Translations under genes and position numbers: made by a program
From: Thermoanaerobaculia bacterium
Lineage (GTDB): Bacteria; Acidobacteriota; Thermoanaerobaculia; UBA5066; Gp7-AA6
Length of the DNA stretch: 64,000 bases
Direction of reading: 5' to 3'
Assembly (NCBI GenBank): GCA_041481715.1
Contig: JBGPCK010000002.1
Location: 6,615 to 70,614 of the forward strand
The notes under the pieces: model-generated
Seen by the model: only the letters and a program-made list of their open reading frames with translations
Told to the model about the DNA's origin: nothing
Databases searched by the model: none
Part shown: piece by piece, positions 8,098-16,024 of the stretch
Layout: every line of letters begins with the position of its first letter
Numbering within the stretch: position 1 is the stretch's first letter

Positions 8098-8652
8098 ATG
8101 ACTCCGGACGACATCGCGCCCGAGTTCCTCTCGCCTGCGAAGACCTACCGCCGCACCGAGCCGATCGCCGGGATCCGAACCCTCCGGCTGCCTCGCCACA
8201 CCGACGATCGCGGCTTCTTTCTGGAGATCTTCCGCGCGCGGCCGAACCGCGAGGTCGGCGGGGAATTGACGAAGTTCTTCGAGGGTGCCCCGGTCGAGCA
8301 GATGAACTTCTCCGCGGTGAATGCCGACGGGCACATCAAGGGCCTGCACTATCACCTCCAGCAGGAAGACATTTGGTTCTTCCCGCCGCCGTCGAGGGCC
8401 AAGGTGGTCCTCCTCGACATTCGCAAGGGCTCCTCGACCTTCGGCCGCACGCAGGTCGTCGTCGCGGGCGACGGCAACGACCAGCTCGTTCGCATCCCCG
8501 CCGGCGTTGCTCACGGCTACCGGCCGCTCACCAATCCGTGCGCGCTGCTCTACATCGTGACCCGAACCTTCGACCCCGCCGCCCCGGATGAATACCGGAT
8601 CGCGTGGGACCATCCCGCGGTGAAGAACCTTTGGGAGATATCGAACGGATGA
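8098..8652 (+). CDS. RmlC-like cupin (dTDP-4-dehydrorhamnose 3,5-epimerase family)
   Basis: The product carries HTDDRGFFLEIF and GLHYHLQQEDIWFF motifs and has the length of RmlC-type epimerases. Confidence 0.75.
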   Translation: MTPDDIAPEFLSPAKTYRRTEPIAGIRTLRLPRHTDDRGFFLEIFRARPNREVGGELTKFFEGAPVEQMNFSAVNADGHIKGLHYHLQQEDIWFFPPPSRAKVVLLDIRKGSSTFGRTQVVVAGDGNDQLVRIPAGVAHGYRPLTNPCALLYIVTRTFDPAAPDEYRIAWDHPAVKNLWEISNG

Positions 8653-8684
8653 TTCGACGAGCCGCCCTATAATCGACAACCCCC

Positions 8685-9596
8685 ATGAGCGCCACCGCTC
8701 TCCCTCTCGATCTGTCGCGGGTTCCCAGAGTGGACCAGGTCGGTGTCGAGGAGCGCGCCGCCTCCCTCGGAAAGCGCTCGATCAAGAAATCCGCCAAGCA
8801 GGCGGGCATCCGCCTGGCGATCTCGATGCTCGACCTCACGACGCTCGAGGGGAAGGACTCGGCCGGAAAGGTCCACCAGCTCTGCCAGAAGGCGATCCAC
8901 CCGCTGCCGGGCGATGCCACCGTGCCGCATGTCGCCGCGATCTGCGTCTACCCGAACCTCGTGCCGGTCGCCAAGGCGGCGCTTTCCGGCAGCGGGGTGC
9001 GCGTGGCTTCGGTCTCGACGGGCTTTCCGGCGGGCCTCGTCCCGTTGCCGGTCAAGCTGGAGGAAACACGCCGCGCGGTTGCGATGGGCGCCGATGAGAT
9101 CGATATGGTGATCGACCGCGGGGCGTTCCTGTCGGGCGAGTACGCCTCCGTGTTCGAGGAGATCGCCGCGGTGAAGGACGCTTGTGGTCCGGCGCGCCTC
9201 AAGGTGATCCTGGAGACCGGAGAGCTGGAGACCTACGACAACATCCGCAAGGCTTCGCACATCGCCATGGCGGCCGGCGCGGATTTCATCAAGACCTCCA
9301 CGGGCAAGGTGGCACCGGCCGCCACCCCCGGCGTCGTGCTCGTGATGCTCGAAGCGATCCGCGACCACTACTTCGAGTCGGGACGACGCATCGGGATGAA
9401 GGCAGCCGGCGGGATCCGCACGTCCAAGCAGGCGCTTGCCCTGCTCGTGCTCGTCAAGGAGACGCTTGGGGACGCCTGGCTGACGCCCGCGCTGTTCCGC
9501 ATCGGCGCCTCCACGGTCACCAACGACCTGCTGATGCAGCTCGCCAAAGAGTCGAGCGGCCGCTACCAGAGCCAGGACTACTTCACCAAAGACTAG
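8685..9596 (+). CDS. deoC: Deoxyribose-phosphate aldolase
   Basis: DeoC family signatures are present: LDLTTLEG, ICVYP, GADEIDMVI, the Schiff-base lysine region FIKTSTG, and GGIRT. Confidence 0.85.
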   Translation: MSATALPLDLSRVPRVDQVGVEERAASLGKRSIKKSAKQAGIRLAISMLDLTTLEGKDSAGKVHQLCQKAIHPLPGDATVPHVAAICVYPNLVPVAKAALSGSGVRVASVSTGFPAGLVPLPVKLEETRRAVAMGADEIDMVIDRGAFLSGEYASVFEEIAAVKDACGPARLKVILETGELETYDNIRKASHIAMAAGADFIKTSTGKVAPAATPGVVLVMLEAIRDHYFESGRRIGMKAAGGIRTSKQALALLVLVKETLGDAWLTPALFRIGASTVTNDLLMQLAKESSGRYQSQDYFTKD

Positions 9597-9606
9597 CAGG
9601 ACAACG

Positions 9607-11127
9607 ATGAGCACGACCGTCCGCGACGAGGGGGCACGAAAGGAAGCCGCCGAGAAGCTCGAGAGCGAACGTCCCCGGCTCGAGTTCGGCGGCGCCTGGA
9701 GTTATTCCCCCGCGCCCGAGGCGAGCGACCACATCCGGCTCGAATCGCGGTACGGCCTGTTCCTCGGCGGCCGTTTCGTCCCACCGCGTTCGAAGAAGTA
9801 CTTCCCGACGATCAACCCGGCGACGGAGGAGATCCTGTCGGAGGTCGGCGAGGCCGGCGCCGCCGACGTCGACGCGGCCGTGCGCGCGGCCGAGGAGGCT
9901 CACCGCAAGCGCTGGTCCAAATTGAAGCCCGCCCAGCGCGGCAAGTACATCTACCGCATCGCGCGCCTCATCCAGGAGAAGTCCCGCGAGCTCGCGGTCC
10001 TCGAGACGATGAACGGCGGCAAGCCGATCAAGGAGTCCCGGGATGTCGACATCCCGCTCGCCGCCGCGCACTTCTTCTACCACGCCGGCTGGGCGGACAA
10101 GCTCGAGTGGGCCTTCCCGCGCAGGAGGGTCTCCTCGATCGGCGTCTGTGGACAAATCATCCCGTGGAACTTTCCGCTGCTGATGGCGGCCTGGAAGATC
10201 GCCCCGGCACTGGCCTGCGGCAACACGGTCGTCCTGAAGCCCGCGGAGACAACGCCCCTGACGGCGCTCGCGCTGGCGAGGATCTGCCAGGAAGCCGACC
10301 TGCCCCCCGGCGTCGTCAACATCGTCCCGGGTCCCGGCGAGACGGGTGCTCACCTTGTCAACCACCCGCGCGTGCGGAAGATCGCCTTCACCGGCTCGAC
10401 CGAGGTCGGTAAGCTCATCCTCCGTGCCACGGCAGGCTCCGGCAAGCGGCTCACGCTCGAGCTCGGCGGCAAGGCCGCCAACATCGTCTTCGAGGACGCC
10501 CCGGTCGATCAGGCGATCGAGGGAATCGTCAACGGGATCTACTTCAACCAGGGCCACGTGTGCTGCGCCGGCTCGCGTCTGCTGGTCCAGGAATCGATCG
10601 AGCCGGTCGTCCGGCGAAAGCTCGAGTACCGGATCGCGACGCTGCGCCTGGGCAACCCGCTCGACAAGAACACGGACGTCGGCGCCATCAACTCGAAGGC
10701 CCAGCTTGTGAAGATCCGGGAGCTCGTCGACAGCGGCATCCAGGACGGCGCACAGCTCCACCAGTCGGCCTGCGCGATTCCGCTCAAGGGCTACTGGTTC
10801 CCGCCGACCTTCTTCACGGGGGTTGCTCAATCGCACCGAATCGCGCGCGAAGAGATCTTCGGTCCCGTGCTCGCCGTGATGACCTTCCGCACGCCGGAGG
10901 AGGCGGTCGAGAAGGCGAACAACACACCCTATGGCCTCTCCGCCGGCGTCTGGACCGACAAGGGGTCGAAGATCTTCCAGATCACTTCGAAGCTGAGGGC
11001 GGGGGTCGTCTGGGCGAACACGTTCAACAAATTCGATCCGGCCTCCCCCTTCGGCGGGTACAAGGAGTCCGGCTTCGGCCGCGAAGGCGGCATTCAAGGG
11101 CTCAAGGCTTACGTGGAACTCCGATGA
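9607..11127 (+). CDS. NAD(P)-dependent aldehyde dehydrogenase
   Basis: The 506-aa product has IIPWNFPLLM, FTGSTEVG, catalytic Glu (LELGGKAANIVF) and catalytic Cys (FNQGHVCCAGSR). Confidence 0.9.
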   Translation: MSTTVRDEGARKEAAEKLESERPRLEFGGAWSYSPAPEASDHIRLESRYGLFLGGRFVPPRSKKYFPTINPATEEILSEVGEAGAADVDAAVRAAEEAHRKRWSKLKPAQRGKYIYRIARLIQEKSRELAVLETMNGGKPIKESRDVDIPLAAAHFFYHAGWADKLEWAFPRRRVSSIGVCGQIIPWNFPLLMAAWKIAPALACGNTVVLKPAETTPLTALALARICQEADLPPGVVNIVPGPGETGAHLVNHPRVRKIAFTGSTEVGKLILRATAGSGKRLTLELGGKAANIVFEDAPVDQAIEGIVNGIYFNQGHVCCAGSRLLVQESIEPVVRRKLEYRIATLRLGNPLDKNTDVGAINSKAQLVKIRELVDSGIQDGAQLHQSACAIPLKGYWFPPTFFTGVAQSHRIAREEIFGPVLAVMTFRTPEEAVEKANNTPYGLSAGVWTDKGSKIFQITSKLRAGVVWANTFNKFDPASPFGGYKESGFGREGGIQGLKAYVELR

Positions 11128-11191
11128 AGCCTTCTTGCATCTCACCTCGCCAGGCTAATTTGAAAACTCTCCTTCGAGGCCGGGCAGCCGG

Positions 11192-12079
11192 GTGCCGACG
11201 GTGAAACGCCAGCCCTCGCCCGGCCTCGCTGTAAACAAGACCTACAAGCTCTACATCGGGGGCGAGATGGTCCGCACGGAATCGGGACGGTACGACCCGG
11301 TCCTCTCGCCGAGCCAGAAGCTCCTCGCCAACGTCTCGCGGGGCTCCCGGAAGGACCTGCGCGAGGCGGTTCTGAGGGCCCGCGCCGCGCAGCCGGGCTG
11401 GGCGCAGAAATCCGCCTACCTGCGAGGACAGATCCTCTACCGCATGGCGGAGATGCTGGAGGGCCGTGGGGAATCCCTCGAGGCCCTGCTGCGCAGGAGC
11501 CGCGGCGTGACGCAAATCGCGGCGCGCCGAGAGGTGCGCGCCGCGATCGACCGGCTGGTCCACTACGCCGGTTGGTCCGACAAGTACGTAGCGCTGCTCG
11601 GCACCGTGAATCCCGTCGCGTCTTCCTACTTCGACTTCTCGATTCCCGAGCCTACCGGTGTCGTCGGCATCCTGGCGCCGGAGACGCCGGACCTGCTCGG
11701 ACTCGTGTCGCACCTCGCCCCGGTCCTGGTCTCCGGCAACGCCGTCGTCGCGATCCTCTCGCAGCGGCACCCGCTCGCTTCCCTCGAGCTCGCGGAGGTG
11801 CTCTCGACGTCCGATCTCCCCGCGGGTGTCGTCAACTTGATCTCCGGCGGCAAGGAGGAGCTGGTTCCCCATCTCGCCCGCCACATGGACGTCAACGCGA
11901 TCTGCGACGCGGGGAACGATCCGGTCCTTTCGAAGGCGATCGCGGAGGACGCCGCCTTCAACCTCAAGCGCGTCCGGCGCGACGGCGTGCGCGACTACTT
12001 CTCCGAGGATGCGCAGGGCCTCCAATTCATCGAGGCCTTCGTCGAGATCAAGACGATCTGGCACCCGATCGGGGTTTAG
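11192..12079 (+). CDS. Short aldehyde-dehydrogenase-like protein without the catalytic Cys region
   Basis: This 295-aa ORF with a GTG start has an ALDH N-terminal/NAD-binding pattern (YKLYIGGEMV..., ILAPETPDLLGL, VNLISGGKEEL). It ends before the position of the catalytic cysteine. Confidence 0.65.
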   Translation: MPTVKRQPSPGLAVNKTYKLYIGGEMVRTESGRYDPVLSPSQKLLANVSRGSRKDLREAVLRARAAQPGWAQKSAYLRGQILYRMAEMLEGRGESLEALLRRSRGVTQIAARREVRAAIDRLVHYAGWSDKYVALLGTVNPVASSYFDFSIPEPTGVVGILAPETPDLLGLVSHLAPVLVSGNAVVAILSQRHPLASLELAEVLSTSDLPAGVVNLISGGKEELVPHLARHMDVNAICDAGNDPVLSKAIAEDAAFNLKRVRRDGVRDYFSEDAQGLQFIEAFVEIKTIWHPIGV

Positions 12080-12323
12080 GTCGCGGGCGTCTGCCGCCGG
12101 GGACACGCGGCGGCCGCCGCGTCGTGTTCTTTTGGAGTGGCAGCCGCCGCTCCGCGAAATCGGCGCAGCCGCTGTGTCACGGAATCACATCGAGGCGCGC
12201 GCCGATTTCGAGGGTCCCCCGCGGCAGATGCCCGCTTCTGCAGGTGGTCATGAGAATGGGCTGCAAACCGGTTGCGCGTTACCCGGACTTGGGCACGACC
12301 GGCGAGCCGCTTGTACCCTCTCG

Positions 12324-12854
12324 TCACTTCGACGCCGCCACTTTCGCGTAGTCGACGCGGCCGAGGAGCTTGACCGCCTCATCGCGTTCGACGTTTGAAC
12401 CCTGGCCCAGTACGAGACGGCCCGGCGTCACGATGACCGTGACGAGGGTCGTCGGCTGACCCTGCGAGCGGTCGGTGACGGCGTAGGCCGGAAGCCCGCC
12501 GATCTTGGCCTCCCCCGTCTCGACTCCCGGCATCTTGCCGGCCTCGGCCATGGCCCTGCGGATCGGACCCTCCAGATCCTTTCCCTTTCCATAGTCCTGA
12601 ACGACGATCCGGAACTGACGCGCCGCGGAGGGCTCGATCCTCTGGAAGAAGCGCGAGACCTCCGTGTAGGTTCCCATCTCGTTCTCGTCGGTGTCGGGAA
12701 GTGGGTCTCTCGGCGCCGCGTCCCAGCCCGGCACGGCCTCTGGGATGCCCTCGCGCAGTGTCAGGGGCCAAACGGGCTTGTCCGCAGCCGCCGCCGGAGA
12801 ACCGGCGGCCAGAGCAACGAGGAGCGCGGCCGCACCAACCGAGCGCCGGGGCAT
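12324..12854 (-). CDS. Exported hypothetical protein
   Basis: The internal ATG at 12854 gives MPRRSVGAAALLVALAAGSPAAAA, a signal peptide. Composition is protein-like. I recognised no family. Confidence 0.5.
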   Translation of the reverse strand: MPRRSVGAAALLVALAAGSPAAAADKPVWPLTLREGIPEAVPGWDAAPRDPLPDTDENEMGTYTEVSRFFQRIEPSAARQFRIVVQDYGKGKDLEGPIRRAMAEAGKMPGVETGEAKIGGLPAYAVTDRSQGQPTTLVTVIVTPGRLVLGQGSNVERDEAVKLLGRVDYAKVAASK

Positions 12855-12915
12855 CTCCCGATCAGGATAACCCAGGCTTGGCCCCGCGCGGTGGTCGGTC
12901 CGCCTCGTCGCGCGC

Positions 12916-12947
12916 AAAAAAAAGAGCGGCCCGCGGGCCGCTCTTTT
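12916..12947 (-). terminator. Rho-independent terminator after the HU gene
   Basis: GAGCGGCC-CGCG-GGCCGCTC hairpin at 12924..12943. On the minus strand it is followed by T8 (the A8 run at 12916..12923 on plus). Confidence 0.7.
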
Positions 12948-12965
12948 CTCCACCGGGACCGGTTT

Positions 12966-13265
12966 CTACTTCTTCGGTCCCAGAATGGCGTCCTTGGCCT
13001 TCTTGGAAACGCGGAACTTGACGACGCGCTTGGCGGGAATCTTGATCTCTTCGCCCGTCGCCGGGTTGCGGCCCATGCGGGCCTTGCGGTTCACGAGCAC
13101 GAGCTTGCCGACCCCGGGAATCGTGAAGCTGTTCTTCGCCTCCTTGTAGGCGAGCGCGGTCAGGTCATCGAGGAACTGGGTCGCCTGCTTCTTGGTCGTG
13201 GCGGTGGACTTCGCCAGGTGATCCGCGGTCTGGGACTTGGAGAGCGCCTTCCCGTCTTTTGCCAT
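12966..13265 (-). CDS. hup: HU-family DNA-binding protein
   Basis: The 99-aa product has the HU/IHF fold signature (FTIPGVGKLVLVNRKARMGRNPATGEEIKIPAKRVVKFR). Confidence 0.9.
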   Translation of the reverse strand: MAKDGKALSKSQTADHLAKSTATTKKQATQFLDDLTALAYKEAKNSFTIPGVGKLVLVNRKARMGRNPATGEEIKIPAKRVVKFRVSKKAKDAILGPKK

Positions 13266-13325
13266 ATTTCCTACCCCTTCTTCAAAATTGGAATCGCCGT
13301 GTCCGGCGGTTCGAAACGGTTGGGT

Positions 13326-13355
13326 ATTCTATCCGCGGCGCGGAAACGCAAGCAA
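13326..13355 (-). promoter_or_regulatory. Candidate sigma-70 promoter of the HU gene
   Basis: The minus strand reads TTGCTT (13355..13350), an 18-nt spacer, then TAGAAT (13331..13326). An A/T-rich UP-like tract (13356..13380) lies upstream. Confidence 0.5.
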
Positions 13356-13623
13356 AAAATTTTGCTCGAGATTTCTTTTTCGACGCCGGGACCCGGGTGA
13401 GGGCCAAGCGGCGCCGCGCTAAGATCGCCCTCTTCGCATGCGGACCCGCGCCCTTTTTCGACGACGATCCCTCGAGTGCTCACCGCGGGGTGGCGCACCG
13501 AATCGGACGTGCCCGCCAGAGCGAGCGTCGGGCGGGCGATCCTTCTCCGCCCGGCCCGGTTTCGAACCCGGGCTAAACCGCTCCGAACGCATCCAGTTAG
13601 CGCCCTTTCGCCTGCGGGCCGCC

Positions 13624-14988
13624 ATGGCGCTGCTCTTGCTGGCCGGCCTTCTGACTTCCGCCTGCGGGGCCGACTCCTCGACGCGTCTGGCCGGACGCGT
13701 CCTGGAGGACCATCGGCAGAAGGCTCGGGTTCGCCCTCTCTCGGCGGCCGGTTCGATCCGCTTGCGCCTATCCCCGACGGGCCCGGCCGGAGGCGAGGGC
13801 GGCAGCGCGGAGATCGAATGGGCGGGCGGGCGCTACCGCGAGACGGTGACCTCGGCGGGCGTCTCGACCGTCCGCGGCATCCAGGCCGGAAAAGCCTTCC
13901 TCATCGACGAGGACGGCGTGACGCGCGTTGGATCGGAGCCGATGCTGGCCGAGCTCGTCACGCGGTCCTACTTCTGGCGGCGCGCGTACCTCTTCGAGGA
14001 CCGGCAGCGCGCCAAGCTCTCGCTCGGGCCCACGGACGAAAAGACCGTGTCCGTGCGCTTGCGCCCCCTCGGCGGAAACGATCTGCGCCTCGTCTTCGAC
14101 CGCCGCACCGGCGCGCTCACGAGCGTCTCGTCGCCACGTCTTCATCTCGTGTTCGAGAGCCCGATCCGATTCCGCGATCTCGCTCCGCGAGCCGCGGTCG
14201 GCGAAATCGTCTGGACCGGCCTGCCGACACGGCGTCTCCCGGATCCCGTCGTCGGCGGATGGCGGGGGCAATTCTCACAGCCGGCCGCCGAGGCCGAGCT
14301 TTCCCAGGCCGGCGGTGGAATCTCGATTGAAGCGCAGATTTCAGGCGTCCCGGCGCACCTCTCCATCGACGCCGGACAGACCGGTCCGCTTCGCATCTCG
14401 TCGAAGCTCGCGAAGAGGGCGGGCCTCTCGGGCCGCCGCGACGTCTTCGGGCGTCTGCTCGCCGGAGGTGCGACCCTCGAGATCGGAGCGCTCGCGATGA
14501 CGTCGTTACACGCCGAGATCGACGATCCGGGCGTTCCCGGTATCGACGCCGTTGCGGGCGGCACGCTCTACCGCGAGGCGGTGGTCGAGATCGACCCTTC
14601 GGGCGGGCGCTTTCGCCTCCACGATCCGGCGCGCTGGGTGGTACCCGAGGGCTTCGGGCGCAACGTGCTCGACGATGACGGGGATGTCCCGGTCGCGATC
14701 CTGTTTCGATCCGGGCGGCACGTGCGTTTGCGCGCCGGAACACGGGCTTCGGTGGCGCTGCTCATGTCGGCAGAGGCCGCCCCTCAGTACGGGCTCGATC
14801 CGAAGGACCCGGTGCTTTCCGGACTCGTCTGGGGAACGCTCCGTCTGCCTCCGCTCCCCGTTCGCCTGGAAACCTCGGGCCTCGACCCGGACTGGGGAGA
14901 CGACGGTTCGATCGGCTTCCCGCTGCTGCTGCAGTTCCACGTCTTCGTCGACATGCCGCGCCGCTGGATCTACGTCCGGGCGCCCTAA
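13624..14988 (+). CDS. Lipoprotein, possibly with a retropepsin-like domain (DAG instead of DTG)
   Basis: I chose the ATG at 13624, which gives MALLLLAGLLTSAC (lipobox). The C-terminal half resembles clan-AA aspartyl protease domains (HLSIDAGQTGPLRIS...IDAVAGGTLYREAVVEIDPSGGRF). The upstream 62 codons of the track ORF look non-coding. Confidence 0.5.
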   Translation: MALLLLAGLLTSACGADSSTRLAGRVLEDHRQKARVRPLSAAGSIRLRLSPTGPAGGEGGSAEIEWAGGRYRETVTSAGVSTVRGIQAGKAFLIDEDGVTRVGSEPMLAELVTRSYFWRRAYLFEDRQRAKLSLGPTDEKTVSVRLRPLGGNDLRLVFDRRTGALTSVSSPRLHLVFESPIRFRDLAPRAAVGEIVWTGLPTRRLPDPVVGGWRGQFSQPAAEAELSQAGGGISIEAQISGVPAHLSIDAGQTGPLRISSKLAKRAGLSGRRDVFGRLLAGGATLEIGALAMTSLHAEIDDPGVPGIDAVAGGTLYREAVVEIDPSGGRFRLHDPARWVVPEGFGRNVLDDDGDVPVAILFRSGRHVRLRAGTRASVALLMSAEAAPQYGLDPKDPVLSGLVWGTLRLPPLPVRLETSGLDPDWGDDGSIGFPLLLQFHVFVDMPRRWIYVRAP

Positions 14989-14990
14989 GG

Positions 14991-15082
14991 GCGTGTAACC
15001 GAAGTCTTGACGCACACCGGCTCTGTAGGGGCGGCCCTTGCGGCCGCCCGCGGGCGGGGACAAGCCCCGCCCCTACGACCAA
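14991..15082. repeat. R1 GC-rich palindromic MITE/REP-like element, truncated copy A
   Basis: The copy shares ...gtgTAACCGAAGTCTTGACG...GTAGGGGCGGCCCTTGCGGCCGCCCGCGGGCGGGGACAAGCCCCGCCCCTACGACC with 38350..38473 and with the reverse complement of 48235..48351. It lacks the right terminal repeat. Confidence 0.8.
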
Positions 15083-15141
15083 TACGACACTCGCAGGTTG
15101 CTGAATAAGGGTGTGGGATGGCGTTGCGAGCGCCGCGACGA

Positions 15142-15201
15142 GAACGCTTGCGGCCGAAAGTCAGCCACGACGCCCGCATCCATTTTTCAGCACCCTGCTA
15201 G
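15142..15201. repeat. R2 repeat, copy 1
   Basis: The sequence gaacgcttgcggccgaaagtcagccacgacgcccgcatccatttttcagcaccctgctag is about 90% identical by eye to 57200..57260. Both copies lie directly 3' of minus-strand genes. Confidence 0.75.
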
Positions 15202-15211
15202 GGGCGCTTGA

Positions 15212-16024
15212 TCACGAAGGCCAGAGCGATCGGTAGCCTGAAAGCAGGGGCACGCCGAAAAAGTACGCGGCCACGGCGCCGATCGCGAGGAACACTCCGA
15301 AGGGAATTGCGGTCCGCAAGCCTCCCCGGCGCGCGAGGATCAGGAACAACCCGACGAGGCTTCCGAGAACCGAGGCGAAAAACACGGTGAGGAAGACGCC
15401 CCACGAACCCAAGAAGGCACCGATCATTCCGAGCATCTTCACGTCGCCTAAGCCCATCGCGTCGACGTCTCTCAGCTTGCTCCAGGTCCAGCCGACGAGA
15501 TAGAGCGAACCGGCTCCGATCGCCGCCCCGAGCAGCGCTTGCCGGGGCGTTCTCTGGAGGGAGAGAAAGGAGAGCAGGAGCCCCACGGCGATGCCGGGAA
15601 GCGTGATCGCGTCCGGCAGGAGCTGGACGTCGGCGTCGATCCAGGCCAGCGCCAGGCACGCCGAGCACAGGAAGGCTCCGGAAGCGAAGTCGACCCAGGA
15701 AGGCGCTTTCCAGAAGGCCGCGGCCCAGAGCGCGCCATTGCCAAGCTCCACGAGCGGGTAGCGCGCCGAGATCGGGGCGCCACACGCGCGGCAGCGGCCC
15801 CCGAGGAGAAGCCACGACAAGACCGGCATGTTGTCGAGCGGCCGGATCGGGGCGCCGCATGCCGGACAGTGGGAGCCCGGGTGCACGATCGACTCTTCGC
15901 GTGGCAGGCGATGGATCAGGACGTTCAAGAAGCTTCCGACGAGCAGGCCAAAGAGAGCCGCCGCCGCGACGCCGAAGGCGCCCAGCACAGGAAGCGGGGC
16001 CGCCGCGACGGACTCGAAGATCAG
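15212..16024 (-). CDS. pilD: Prepilin peptidase / N-methyltransferase (PilD family, A24)
   Basis: PilD signatures are present: GSFLNVLIHRLP, CPACGAPIRPLDNMPVLSWLLLGGRCRAC, GLGDVKMLGMIGAFLG and IPFGVFLAIG. The start is uncertain: CTG 16024 (CTGA overlap with the upstream stop), GTG 16063 or GTG 15988. Confidence 0.85.
   Translation of the reverse strand: MIFESVAAAPLPVLGAFGVAAAALFGLLVGSFLNVLIHRLPREESIVHPGSHCPACGAPIRPLDNMPVLSWLLLGGRCRACGAPISARYPLVELGNGALWAAAFWKAPSWVDFASGAFLCSACLALAWIDADVQLLPDAITLPGIAVGLLLSFLSLQRTPRQALLGAAIGAGSLYLVGWTWSKLRDVDAMGLGDVKMLGMIGAFLGSWGVFLTVFFASVLGSLVGLFLILARRGGLRTAIPFGVFLAIGAVAAYFFGVPLLSGYRSLWPS

Noticed and set aside
13545-13580. A tRNA-like T-arm (gcccggtttcgaacccgggc, with GGTTCGAA on the minus strand) upstream of the lipoprotein gene.
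   Set aside because: The loop is 8 nt rather than 7. I could find no matching acceptor stem, D-arm or anticodon arm on either strand. It is probably just a hairpin or a decayed fragment.
13438-13623. The N-terminal 62-codon extension of the lipoprotein ORF (MRTRALFRRRSLECSPRGG...).
   Set aside because: The extension is Arg/Pro-rich and non-protein-like. The ATG at 13624 gives a canonical lipoprotein signal peptide.
14506-15063. ORFs 14506-15063(-), 36491-38422(-) and 47461-48309(-) begin with nearly the same peptide (MSPPAGGRKGRPY / MRPPAGGDKPRPY).
   Set aside because: The shared N-termini are translations of the R1 repeat element. The remainder of each ORF is antisense to a well-supported gene. 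This is repeat-derived artefact, not a protein family.
15198-15860. The ORFs 15198-15860(-) and 15472-15783(-) overlapping pilD, and the 405-aa extended version of pilD (15212-16429).
   Set aside because: Only the frame with the A24 peptidase motifs is protein-like. The upstream 135 codons of the 405-aa ORF overlap the 3' end of the YfhO-like gene and are Arg/Gly-rich.
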